A stretch of 20,000 nucleotides of DNA, taken from the IMG/VR virus record IMGVR_UViG_2645728113_000006; one strand, written 5' to 3'. The notes below the pieces were generated by a model. That model was not told the DNA's origin and searched no databases. It saw nothing but the letters and a program-made list of their open reading frames with translations. Each line of letters starts with the position of its first letter. Positions within the stretch are counted from its first letter, which is position 1. A program made the translations under genes and the position numbers. This document shows, in pieces, positions 1-8,627 of the stretch. This DNA is from an uncultured virus (IMG/VR IMGVR_UViG_2645728113_000006). Lineage: Duplodnaviria; Heunggongvirae; Uroviricota; Caudoviricetes.

Positions 1-1452
1 TTCGACGGAAAGAAATTCTCAGGAGGCGCCTACGACAAGCTGAAATCGGCTATCGATGAGAAGGACAAGGATCCGAAAGCCGCGACGGGCAGTGTTGACC
101 TCACAGGTTTCAATGATGCCAAGAACAACTTGGCGGCTATTTCTGCCGACTACAAAAACTATCAGAAGGAACTGGAAGCTGCGCAAAAGGCGGGGCTGGT
201 GTCAGAAGCCGACTACCTGCTACGGCGCCAAGCACTCATCGGTAACGAACGGGACCAAGCAACGGCAGCCTACGAGGCAGAGATATCCGTGCTGGAGGCT
301 GCCAAGGGTAAGAAGACCACCACGGCCGCGCAAAGCATCCAGCTTGACCAGAAGATCGCTGACGCGCGCGCAGGGATGGTCAAGGCGCAGAAGGATGCCG
401 ATAGCCAGCTTGAGGTTCTGGCGACAAACGAGACCGGGCGCCTAGCCAAGCAAGAGCGGGCGATCAGTACCTACGTACAGGCTTTGGGTCAGCAACAGCG
501 AGCTCTGGAGCTGGCCGGGCAACGTGCCGTGCTGGGCGTTGGTCAGGGCGATCGCCAAAACGCACTCAGCGGCGAACTGAACAGTCAGCAAGACCGGTTT
601 GCTCAGCAGGCGTTGGAGCTGGCCAACCAGAAGTCTGACCCGTCTCGCAATATGTCGGAGGAAGAGTTCAAGCGTAAGTCGCAGGCTCTCGCCGATGCGA
701 ACAAGGCAGCCACCGACCAGATCCGGCAGAACTATGCCGACGTGGAGAATGCCCAAGGTGACTGGACGAAGGGCGCGACGGCTGCGTGGGACAACTATCT
801 GGATTCGGCTAGGAACATTGCGGGACAGACGAAGAGTTTGTTCGGCAACGCTTTCGGCTCCATGGAGGATTCGCTCGTTAACTTCGCCGTCACCGGCAAG
901 GCGTCCTTTGCTGACTTCACCAAGTCGATCTTGGCGGATATGGCACGCATTGCCACTCGACAGGCGAGCTCGGCGTTACTGGGCAGCCTGGTTGGCGCAG
1001 CGACAAGCTATTTCGCAGGAGGTGGCTCGACTCCAACGTCAGCGGGCTCCACTCAAGCTGGGTACACCGGTGTCGACTTCTCTGGTTACAGAGCGGCGGG
1101 CGGTCCAGTCGATCCGAGCTCTCTGTACCAGGTGAACGAACTAGGTCCCGAGCTCTACAACGAGGGCGGGAAGTCTTACCTGATGACCGGTACCAACGGA
1201 GGGAGCGTGACGCCGCTCTCTACTGGCAGAGGGCCTGGGATGGCTGCAATGTCTGGTGGCGGGGGCACGACGCAAATCAATGTCGAGGTTCATATCGACG
1301 GTGACGGCAATGCGTCGTCATCGGCAGACGCTCCTGGTTACGACCTGTTCGGTAAGGAACTGGCCGCGTTCGTCGAGCAGAAGTACCAGCAGATGCGTAA
1401 CAAAGACATGGGCCAGGGCGGCGTCATCAGCAATGCAATCAAGGGGCGCTAA
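1..1452 (+). CDS. Phage tail tape measure protein, C-terminal part (5' truncated by the window)
   Basis: Frame is open from base 1. Ala/Gln-rich helical sequence with a lambda-type TMP C-terminal block (GDWTKGATAAWDNYLDSA...TGKASFADFTKSILADMARI). Lies directly upstream of the M-L-K genes. Confidence 0.93.
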   Translation, partial: FDGKKFSGGAYDKLKSAIDEKDKDPKAATGSVDLTGFNDAKNNLAAISADYKNYQKELEAAQKAGLVSEADYLLRRQALIGNERDQATAAYEAEISVLEAAKGKKTTTAAQSIQLDQKIADARAGMVKAQKDADSQLEVLATNETGRLAKQERAISTYVQALGQQQRALELAGQRAVLGVGQGDRQNALSGELNSQQDRFAQQALELANQKSDPSRNMSEEEFKRKSQALADANKAATDQIRQNYADVENAQGDWTKGATAAWDNYLDSARNIAGQTKSLFGNAFGSMEDSLVNFAVTGKASFADFTKSILADMARIATRQASSALLGSLVGAATSYFAGGGSTPTSAGSTQAGYTGVDFSGYRAAGGPVDPSSLYQVNELGPELYNEGGKSYLMTGTNGGSVTPLSTGRGPGMAAMSGGGGTTQINVEVHIDGDGNASSSADAPGYDLFGKELAAFVEQKYQQMRNKDMGQGGVISNAIKGR

Positions 1453-1790
1453 TGGCAATCGAACGATTCACCTGGGCAACAGAGAAGGGCGCGGAGGGTG
1501 ATATCACTCAGCGCGTTCGCTCCAAGAAGTTCGGAGATGGTTATGAGCAGTCCGTAGAGGATGGGGTCAACAATCAATCTGAATCTTGGCCTGTGACCTT
1601 CACCGGTATGGAAGCCAAGATCAAGCTGATCAGGAAGTTCCTCGACCGGCACAAGGGTGCAAAAGGATTTCTCTGGACGCCCCCCCTTGGCGTGCTTGGG
1701 CTCTACAAATGCACCGGCTACAAACCTGTGCACCGAGGCGGCCAGGTCTATGCCATCACCGCTACGTTCCAGCAAACCTTTCACCCCTGA
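1452..1790 (+). CDS. Phage minor tail protein, lambda gpM-like (distal tail)
   Basis: 112 aa with FGDGYEQ...G.NN and FLDRHKGAKGFLWTPP motifs; TAATG overlap with the tape measure gene. Confidence 0.92.
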   Translation: MAIERFTWATEKGAEGDITQRVRSKKFGDGYEQSVEDGVNNQSESWPVTFTGMEAKIKLIRKFLDRHKGAKGFLWTPPLGVLGLYKCTGYKPVHRGGQVYAITATFQQTFHP

Positions 1791-1801
1791 GATAACCGCA
1801 C

Positions 1802-2554
1802 ATGGCACTGATCACGGACATCCAGAAACTGGAGCCCGGCGGCGAAATTCGCCTGTTCGAAATTGACGGGACCGAATACGGCGCGGATTACTTGCGTTTC
1901 CACGGTCACGCCATCCCGCACACGCCGGAGGAACTGCTGGCCTACGAGCATTCGGAAGAGGATCTTCCGGCCAAGTCGATTTGGTGGCAGGGCGAGGAGT
2001 ACGCGGCCTGGCCGGTACAGATTGAGGGTATTTCCTCGAGCAGCGACGGCACCGCCTCTCGGCCGACATTCGCCGCTGGGAACATCAATGGTCGCGTCAC
2101 GGCGTTGTGCCTCGCCTTCGAAGACATGCTGAAGTTCAAGCTGACGGTTCGCGAGACTCTGGCGCAGTACCTGGACGCGGCCAACTACCCCGAGGGCAAC
2201 CCGGCTGCTGACCCGACCCAGGAGGCGCTTGAGATCTGGTACATCGACCAGAAAACCAGCGAGGACGGTGAGGCGGTGGTCTGGGAGTTGTCTTCCCCGG
2301 GCGAGATCGACAACCACGGTCTGCCTGGCAGGCAGATGACGACGTTTTGCCACTGGGCAATGACCAATGGCTACCGGGGGCCGGATTGCGGCTACACCGG
2401 TGCGGCCATGTTCGATGATGAGGACAACCCCACGGACGATCCCGCCAAGGATCAGTGCAAGGGCTGCCTCTCGTCCTGCAAGTTGCGCTTCGGCGAGAAC
2501 AACGAACTGTCTTTCGGCGGATTCCCCGCCGTATCCCTTATTGCCCGGAGCTGA
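1802..2554 (+). CDS. Phage minor tail protein, lambda gpL-like
   Basis: 250 aa; IWWQGEEYAAWP motif and C-terminal Cys cluster (CHW...C.Y.G...DQC..CLSSC..RFG...FGGFP); synteny. Confidence 0.93.
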   Translation: MALITDIQKLEPGGEIRLFEIDGTEYGADYLRFHGHAIPHTPEELLAYEHSEEDLPAKSIWWQGEEYAAWPVQIEGISSSSDGTASRPTFAAGNINGRVTALCLAFEDMLKFKLTVRETLAQYLDAANYPEGNPAADPTQEALEIWYIDQKTSEDGEAVVWELSSPGEIDNHGLPGRQMTTFCHWAMTNGYRGPDCGYTGAAMFDDEDNPTDDPAKDQCKGCLSSCKLRFGENNELSFGGFPAVSLIARS

Positions 2555-2556
2555 CC

Positions 2557-3312
2557 ATGCGCAAGCACATCATTGCGGCCATCCAGGCGCACGCGGCAGC
2601 CGAGTACCCGCGCGAGTGCTGCGGCCTGCTGCTGGCCGTCGGTAGGGCGCAGAAGTACGTCCCGTGTCGAAACATCGCCACGGAGCCTAACGAAGAGTTC
2701 CGTCTTGATCCCGAGGATTACGCTGCTGCGGAAGACCAAGGCGAGGTGATCGGGATTGTTCACTCCCATCCGGACGCCACAAGCAGGCCGTCACCGCACG
2801 ACTTGGCCATGTGCGAGGCCACGGCCTTGCCCTGGCACATATTATCGTGGCCTGAAGGGGACTTGCGCACGGTCATGCCCTCCGGCAGCACGCCGTTACT
2901 CAAACGACCATTTGTTCATGGGGTATGGGACTGTTGGGCGATATGCGCCGAGTGGTACCAGCGTGAATGGGGGATTGAGTTTGAAGCCTTCCAGCGCACC
3001 GATGGCTGGTGGGAGAGTGCGGAGAACGCAAGCCTATACGAGCAGCACTACGAGGCCGCCGGCTTTGTACGCGTCGACCGACCGCAGCGCGGTGACATGA
3101 TCGTTATGCAGGTTGGCCGGACGGCGCATCCTAATCATGCAGGGATCTATCTGGGCACTGATCCGGCGCTACCCGACGAAGAGTCAGGCACTTTCGGCCC
3201 TGGGCCGTTCCTGCTGCATCACCTATACGGCAGGCCGTCCGAGATCATCGTCTATGGCGGGCCCTGGCATGACCGAACGCGCCTGATCCTGAGGCATAAA
3301 GTCGTCGCCTAG
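2557..3312 (+). CDS. Tail assembly protein, lambda gpK-like (JAB/MPN + NlpC/P60)
   Basis: Start at ATG 2557 (MRKHIIAAI). JAB motif YPRECCG...VHSHPD...PS..D and NlpC/P60 motifs DCW...NHAGIYLG...LHH. Confidence 0.93.
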   Translation: MRKHIIAAIQAHAAAEYPRECCGLLLAVGRAQKYVPCRNIATEPNEEFRLDPEDYAAAEDQGEVIGIVHSHPDATSRPSPHDLAMCEATALPWHILSWPEGDLRTVMPSGSTPLLKRPFVHGVWDCWAICAEWYQREWGIEFEAFQRTDGWWESAENASLYEQHYEAAGFVRVDRPQRGDMIVMQVGRTAHPNHAGIYLGTDPALPDEESGTFGPGPFLLHHLYGRPSEIIVYGGPWHDRTRLILRHKVVA

Positions 3313-3385
3313 GTTGTATGCCTGAACAGTATCGACTCGTCACGACAATCTACTTATCCTAGATTATTTGATACGAGATCAAATC

Positions 3386-4192
3386 ATGTTGCCCGAGCCA
3401 AGGCTGGCGCTAAACGAACTACTCAAGGAGCGAACCCTGCTCTGGCATAAGATTGCTGAAAATCATTATGTTGACGAGTTTGAGGTTCGGCGACTTTTTA
3501 ATAAGCTTGATCGGCTGATAACAGATCCCGGTGCCGAGTTCAGTATTGCACCAGCCGCTTTGCATGAGCAGGCATATCTTTACGCTTACCAAATGAAAAC
3601 CTCTAACGCCCTGCGGTTGTTTGAAGATGCTCGCCGTGCGGGACTTGATGGGCTTGCCGTATCAATTTCTACGGCCCATGCTTTATATATTTGTGGCGAG
3701 GTCGAAATGTCCAGGGAAGAGATATTGCGTACTGACTATTCTGATGCGAATAACAGGGGGCTGTCAGGGCTGGCTGATACCTGCGTTCATACTGGCTTGC
3801 TGAAAATGGCCAGGGATCTTTACATTCGGTCTGGAAAACAGGGTGGCGAAGTAAGCACTCAAGTTTTGCGTGCGGCCGAAATAATGGACCAGATTGGCGC
3901 GACGGATGAACAAGTAATGCGCAGGATCGCGACGGCTGCAAAAATTATCAAGTCTATGTCTGCGCATCCGTTCATTGCATTTGACCTGTTCGCTATGCAG
4001 GGCGAGGGAATCCTCTACCGCTTCGTAGTGAATGGGAGTACTGAAAGGCTGGTCGAGATTGATATGGCAATTGATGAGGCATTAATCGCTGATTTCGATG
4101 AGGAAATTGATGACGTATTGTCGATTGGGATTGCGCCTTATGAGTTCGGTTCGAATATGTTAGCTGCGGATGGTTATTATGTCGGTGTGTAG
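3386..4192 (+). CDS. Hypothetical moron protein, helical/TPR-like N-terminus; possible partner of the downstream HEPN protein
   Basis: Long ORF (ATG 3386, alternative TTG 3368) with lower GC than the tail genes; overlaps the next gene by 14 nt. No family recognised with confidence. Confidence 0.65.
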   Translation: MLPEPRLALNELLKERTLLWHKIAENHYVDEFEVRRLFNKLDRLITDPGAEFSIAPAALHEQAYLYAYQMKTSNALRLFEDARRAGLDGLAVSISTAHALYICGEVEMSREEILRTDYSDANNRGLSGLADTCVHTGLLKMARDLYIRSGKQGGEVSTQVLRAAEIMDQIGATDEQVMRRIATAAKIIKSMSAHPFIAFDLFAMQGEGILYRFVVNGSTERLVEIDMAIDEALIADFDEEIDDVLSIGIAPYEFGSNMLAADGYYVGV

Positions 4193-4556
4193 TGATGATC
4201 TGTTGTTGTTAGCCGAGTCACTTATTGGAAGTAAGGATGAGGTTGGCAATCGTGCGAGCATAAGCAGAAGTTATTATGCACTGTACCATGAGGCTACAAT
4301 AGCCGCATCGGCGCTCTCTTTAAAAAGCAATCCAGATGTAAAAACAAGTCACGATAAATTAATTTCGCGCTTTACCGGTGCGACTAAAGGTCTTGCCTCA
4401 ATTGGGCGCGGCATTCTCAAGCAAAAGCGATTGCGTGCAATGGCTGACTATGAGATCGGCTCAGATCTCAATGCGTCCGAGGCGAGGTTCCATTTGGCTA
4501 CAAGCAAGCGGCTTGTAAGTGACTTGCGAAGGATCGCTGATCCTGCGAACTCTTAA
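4179..4556 (+). CDS. HEPN-domain protein (putative toxin/RNase)
   Basis: 125 aa from ATG 4179. RASISRSYYALYH and R..ADYE motifs are typical of small HEPN proteins. Confidence 0.75.
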   Translation: MSVCSDDLLLLAESLIGSKDEVGNRASISRSYYALYHEATIAASALSLKSNPDVKTSHDKLISRFTGATKGLASIGRGILKQKRLRAMADYEIGSDLNASEARFHLATSKRLVSDLRRIADPANS

Positions 4557-4815
4557 GATCTTTGCTGGATCAGGTCTTGAACAGAGTTTTCCTGTTATCC
4601 GCCACCCTGCTACAGTCCCGCCAAACCAAAGAGGGAACGACATGCGGATTTTTGCTGTGATGTGCGAGGACCATTGATGTGATGCTGTGTTAGAGCGCAA
4701 GAGACTTTGGCAGTTTTATATGGAAGAGCGAGAAATCGCGAGTAGCTCCTATTGATTGCTGGCGCTGATCATGGCCGAATGATAGCTTTCAACCGTATTA
4801 ATTTTTTTCCACGGA

Positions 4816-5691
4816 GTGGATGTGCCAGCCCTTATTCCCCAATTGGTCAATGCTGCACTCGATCCTCATACATCGGTTGCCAGCTTGCTAAGGCATGCGC
4901 TAGTAGCGGCAAATAGGCTTAGTCTCGTTGACCTGGCCGATTGGATGAGTTCGGAACTCAATGGCTACAAAACCGCTTCACTGCCGGAGTATAGAAAGCT
5001 CCGTGGCACTCTCATTTGTGAGCACGAATTTGGGGGGTGGATGCCTTTAGAGGTCACGCATGCGGCAACCCTTAATATGGTGTCTCAGCGACCGTTCTAT
5101 CAGTCCATCCCGGAATTAGAGCGATTAACTAGCAGCGGCGGGCCTTTCGTCGTTTTTTTTCCTCCAAAGAATGAAGTTTACTTACGCTCATTAATGAGGC
5201 CACCGACTAGGCCGGCAGTGGAAATACAGGCGAGCCAGATATTTGGCCTAATAGAGCTAGTTCGTAGCAGAATATTACAGTGGGCACTAGACCTTGAGTC
5301 CAAAGGGGTTATGGGTGAAGGTATGTCGTTTACATTGCAGGAGCGTCAGATCGTGGCTGCACAGCACTACCATTTTGGCGATGTTACTGGATCTCAAATT
5401 CAAATTGGCTCGAGTGGGTCGAATCAGTCCATCGCACCCGGTGACAGCACGGGAGCAATGAATGCGTTAATCAACCTGCTTCGTGATGTTCTAGCTCGGA
5501 ACGAGATTGATGGCGATGTGGCTGCCGAGTTGGTTGCCGAGCTCAAGACTCTGGAAGCTCAAGCCGAATCACCACGGCCTAAGGCATCAATTATCAGAGA
5601 AACCGCGCTGAGTATTCAGAGGGTCTTAGAGGGGGTTGCCGGTAACGTATTAGCGACCGCCGCTCCATTGATTTATTCGCTGGTGAGTTGA
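4816..5691 (+). CDS. AbiTii-domain protein (putative abortive-infection effector)
   Basis: N-terminus ALDPHTSVASLLRHALVAANRL...W...ELNGY...LPEYRKLRG resembles the AbiTii domain as I recall it. GTG start after GGA; terminator follows. Confidence 0.75.
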   Translation: MDVPALIPQLVNAALDPHTSVASLLRHALVAANRLSLVDLADWMSSELNGYKTASLPEYRKLRGTLICEHEFGGWMPLEVTHAATLNMVSQRPFYQSIPELERLTSSGGPFVVFFPPKNEVYLRSLMRPPTRPAVEIQASQIFGLIELVRSRILQWALDLESKGVMGEGMSFTLQERQIVAAQHYHFGDVTGSQIQIGSSGSNQSIAPGDSTGAMNALINLLRDVLARNEIDGDVAAELVAELKTLEAQAESPRPKASIIRETALSIQRVLEGVAGNVLATAAPLIYSLVS

Positions 5692-5695
5692 TGCC

Positions 5696-5720
5696 AGCCC
5701 AGTCCCGCGCTGGGCTTTTT
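5696..5720 (+). terminator. Rho-independent terminator
   Basis: AGCCCAG-tcccgcg-CTGGGCT-TTTT between convergent genes. Confidence 0.8.
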
Positions 5721-5723
5721 GCT

Positions 5724-6272
5724 TTAAACATTCCGAGGAGTTCGCCGATCCTTGAGTACGGAATCTAGGTCTCGTGCTAATTGGTCGGCGAGAATTCCGA
5801 GGATTGTCCATATGGCCATTGAGCGGGTGCGGATGACAATCGCATGCGTCTCCTCATCCTCTCCTTCGGGCTCATAAGGCGTGAAATTCTTCTGATACAC
5901 GGCGAACCCGATCGGCTCGCTGATTTTGAAGAATTTTGCTAGCAGAGGCTGCAAGCGCACTGGTTCGTTTCGATGTCCTACCGCGTTGCGAAGGTTATTT
6001 AGCGCCTTAATCGAATCCCATAGTTCAGGCTCCATAGCTGAACCCACGATTGCCCTGCAGAGCTCCGTAGCAGTGCCGAAAGTAAAAATATCGTTTCGGC
6101 TATAAGGGCGAGAGTATTGGGCTACCCCAGCGGCTATCAGATCATGCAATTGCTCCTCGACAATCATGTGGCCGCGTAGCACTGCCGACAGCAGTTCACT
6201 GTCCCGTTCGAAGGTGCGATGAAACTGCGCGGTCTTCTTCTCGATGTCCTTTGCGAAAAGTTCTCTTTTCAT
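5724..6272 (-). CDS. HEPN-like (MtlR/DUF4145-type fold) protein with an Rx4H motif
   Basis: 182 aa; VLRGHMIVEEQL...LNNLRNAVGH contains R-x4-H preceded by the usual helix pattern. Confidence 0.6.
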   Translation of the reverse strand: MKRELFAKDIEKKTAQFHRTFERDSELLSAVLRGHMIVEEQLHDLIAAGVAQYSRPYSRNDIFTFGTATELCRAIVGSAMEPELWDSIKALNNLRNAVGHRNEPVRLQPLLAKFFKISEPIGFAVYQKNFTPYEPEGEDEETHAIVIRTRSMAIWTILGILADQLARDLDSVLKDRRTPRNV

Positions 6273-6365
6273 AGTCTTCTTTGCTTGGGTAGCTTCACAA
6301 CTAGCCCGGCGGGCCGGGCTTGGTGATTCGATTTAGTTATGGTGATCACCACCATTATCGGGTCT

Positions 6366-6851
6366 TCATTGCGGCATCGGTGGCCAGCTTTTGGACTCTT
6401 CGACTACGTTGGCGATTACTTCTTCGATGGTTGTCTTTTCGCCGCGAGCCTCGGCATGAAAAAGATCAATTATTGCGTTGAGCATTATTTCCTGTGTGAC
6501 GCCATGCTTCGCTGCTTCGCCTTGTAGATTTTCGATGGTGCTTTTCGGTAACGCTAGGACTAGGTCTTTCTTGCCCTCAGCGACTAGCGCCATTTCTAAA
6601 ACCTCGGGCTGGTCATCAACATCCTGCAGTTTTTCCACTTCACAACCGAGTGCTTTAGAGAGCTTGACTAATGCGGTCATGCGAGGAACCGAGGTGCCCA
6701 TCTCATACCGTCCTATTTGAGGAACGCTTAAGCCACTCGCCTTCGCAAGATCGCGCTGTGTCATTCCCGCGTCTGCGCGGAGGCGGACGAGCCGGGAAGG
6801 GAAGCCTTTCGGGTGGTACATGCTGATTCCATACTGTGGTGTGGAAAACAT
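6366..6851 (-). CDS. XRE-family HTH transcriptional regulator with a possible C-terminal ribbon-helix-helix-like segment
   Basis: RLVRLRADAGMTQRDLAKASGLSVPQIGRYEMG is a classic XRE HTH. Divergent from the arc/antirepressor genes. True start could be the internal Met (MYHPKG). Confidence 0.85.
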   Translation of the reverse strand: MFSTPQYGISMYHPKGFPSRLVRLRADAGMTQRDLAKASGLSVPQIGRYEMGTSVPRMTALVKLSKALGCEVEKLQDVDDQPEVLEMALVAEGKKDLVLALPKSTIENLQGEAAKHGVTQEIMLNAIIDLFHAEARGEKTTIEEVIANVVEESKSWPPMPQ

Positions 6852-6950
6852 GATGTTCGCGAAACATTGTCAGCGCAAGAAGATGATGGCAAATGATGTT
6901 GACTAGACGTCGTAAATGATGCGTAATGATGTCTAGTGATTGTTAAGGAG
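6850..6950. promoter_or_regulatory. Divergent promoter/operator region with ATGATG repeats
   Basis: ATGATG at 6850, 6883, 6893, 6916 and 6926 (two pairs 10 bp apart). Inverted repeat ACTAGAC (6902) / GTCTAGT (6931). TTGACT at 6899 is a candidate -35. RBS AAGGAGG at 6945. Confidence 0.55.
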
Positions 6951-6955
6951 GTTTT

Positions 6956-7123
6956 ATGAGGTCGGAAAAATCGCGATACCCGCTCAGCTTGGAGGCATCT
7001 GTGAAAGTGCAGGCAGAAGGTGAAGCAAAGAAAAATCGACGCAGTTTGAATGCCGAACTCGGACTGTTAATCGAGGAGGGACTGAAATGGAGGGAGCAAA
7101 CGAGCAAGCAGGCAGTAGCCTAA
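6956..7123 (+). CDS. Arc-like ribbon-helix-helix repressor (55 aa, absent from the ORF track)
   Basis: Manual translation: MRSEKSRYPLSLEASVKVQAEGEAKKNRRSLNAELGLLIEEGLKWREQTSKQAVA*. Arc signature A..N.RSLNAE; strong RBS TAAGGAGG. Confidence 0.85.
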   Translation: MRSEKSRYPLSLEASVKVQAEGEAKKNRRSLNAELGLLIEEGLKWREQTSKQAVA

Positions 7124-7191
7124 AACGAAGAAACCCCGGCTTGCAGGCCAGGGCTTCGGGTAACGAGATCAACTACCAGGAAGAAATCGTC

Positions 7192-8055
7192 ATGAGCGAT
7201 ATTAGCACAACCGTTTCGAATGTCATCCCGTTCAATTTCGGCAAGCAGCAGGTGCGTACGCTGCTGATTGATGATCAGCCGTGGTTCGTGGCTAACGATG
7301 TTTCTGCTGCGCTTCAGTACAGCGAAGCGTCGGCGATGACTCGGCATTTGGACGACGATGAAAAGGGTCTGTCGATTGTGCAGACCCTTGGCGGCGATCA
7401 GGAAATGCTGGTCATCAACGAGTCAGGCCTTTACTCGGCAATCCTGCGCAGCCGTAAGGCTGAAGCCAAACGCTTTAAGAAGTGGGTCACCGCTGAAGTC
7501 CTCCCGGCGATTCGCAAGCAGGGCAGCTACCAAGATTCCAGCAATAAAATGAAGGCGCTGATGGATGATCTGGTCGACATGACCGAGACGAATGCACTGA
7601 AGGGCTTGGCGCGCCACAAGGTGGCACATCTTCCAGCCTCCATTCAGCGCAGTGCTTCCGCTCGTATTTATTCGGCAGTGCACACACGTTTCAACGTGCC
7701 GCGTCTTGAGCTTATCCCTGCAAGCCAGTTCGAGTCGGCGTGCAACTTCATCGCGGCCTACGCCGTTCTTGAGGGAGAGTTCATTCCGAAGGGGAACGGC
7801 AAGCCATTCGACATCCCGGAGAAGCTTGGCCAGTGTGAGCGCTATCTCGTCAGCGCAGATCCTCACGGCAATCGGCAGGTCACGCCGGTGCCAATGGGGG
7901 CGTTCGTCCTGACTCGGCAGCAGTTCATGCAGTCAATGCTTGTTGATCGAGATATGCCAGTTTCCACAGCGGAGATGTTCGAGTTTGTAGCGCTGGCGAC
8001 CGAAAACCTGCGCTACCGCTTTCTGTTCCAGGCTGCCCGGAGGGACGCAGCATGA
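7192..8055 (+). CDS. BRO-N domain phage antirepressor
   Basis: FNFGKQQVRTLLIDDQPWFVANDV...INESGLYSAILRSRKAEAKRFKKWVTAEVLPAIRKQG is BRO-N; followed by a P22 Ant C-terminal-like region (VHTRFNVPRLELIPASQF). ATG 7192 follows AGGAAG. Confidence 0.9.
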   Translation: MSDISTTVSNVIPFNFGKQQVRTLLIDDQPWFVANDVSAALQYSEASAMTRHLDDDEKGLSIVQTLGGDQEMLVINESGLYSAILRSRKAEAKRFKKWVTAEVLPAIRKQGSYQDSSNKMKALMDDLVDMTETNALKGLARHKVAHLPASIQRSASARIYSAVHTRFNVPRLELIPASQFESACNFIAAYAVLEGEFIPKGNGKPFDIPEKLGQCERYLVSADPHGNRQVTPVPMGAFVLTRQQFMQSMLVDRDMPVSTAEMFEFVALATENLRYRFLFQAARRDAA

Positions 8056-8627
8056 GCATGGAACTTGTCACACTAAAAATTACCGGCACGTCACCGCTGA
8101 TGATGCACAGCGACAAGCTGGCCAACCCTTTGAATCCAGCAACAAAGGCTCACAAGGAATTGACCGGTAAGCGCAAGAAGACGGACGACGATCATCTTGC
8201 CATTGCTCGCTCTGAGTTTATCGCTGGTGCCTACCACGATGAAAAGCTTGGCTTTTTTGTGCCAGGTGCGAATTTCGATGCGACGTTCTTGGCTGGCGCG
8301 AAGCTCCAAAAGCTGGGCACTCAATGGAAGCGCGGAGCGGTTGTGATGACTGACAAGGCGAAGCTTGAGTTCTCTGGCCCGACAACGCCTGACTCTCTTT
8401 GGGAGGATCAGCGGTTCGTTGACTGCCGCGGAGTAAAAGTTGGTCAAGCCAAGATCATGCGATACCGCCCGATCTTTCTTGAGTGGGCCGTGGAGCTGGA
8501 AGTTGCAATCAACGCTGACGTACTCAACATCGAGGAAGCAAAAAAAGCGATCACTGATTCTGGCCTGTTGATTGGGGTCTGTGAATACAGACCGCGCTTC
8601 GGTCGCTTCGAGGTGGAATATGTCTGA
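8052..8627 (+). CDS. Stand-alone Cas7/RAMP-like RNA-binding protein (candidate Vipr-type effector)
   Basis: 191 aa with RAMP hallmarks recognised by eye: N-terminal strand LKITGTSPLMMH, FFVPGANF (cf. IPGSS.KG), RYRPIFLEWAVELEV, and a C-terminal Gly-rich loop GLLIGVCEYRPRFGRFEV. ATGA-coupled to the antirepressor and upstream of a structured RNA array. Confidence 0.75.
   Translation: MSMELVTLKITGTSPLMMHSDKLANPLNPATKAHKELTGKRKKTDDDHLAIARSEFIAGAYHDEKLGFFVPGANFDATFLAGAKLQKLGTQWKRGAVVMTDKAKLEFSGPTTPDSLWEDQRFVDCRGVKVGQAKIMRYRPIFLEWAVELEVAINADVLNIEEAKKAITDSGLLIGVCEYRPRFGRFEVEYV

Noticed and set aside
7087..7191. N-terminal extensions in the ORF track (7087, also 2455, 8572, 9848, 15122, 16686, 19554)
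   Set aside because: They overlap upstream genes or terminators. Downstream ATGs with better RBS or gene-junction context were used instead.
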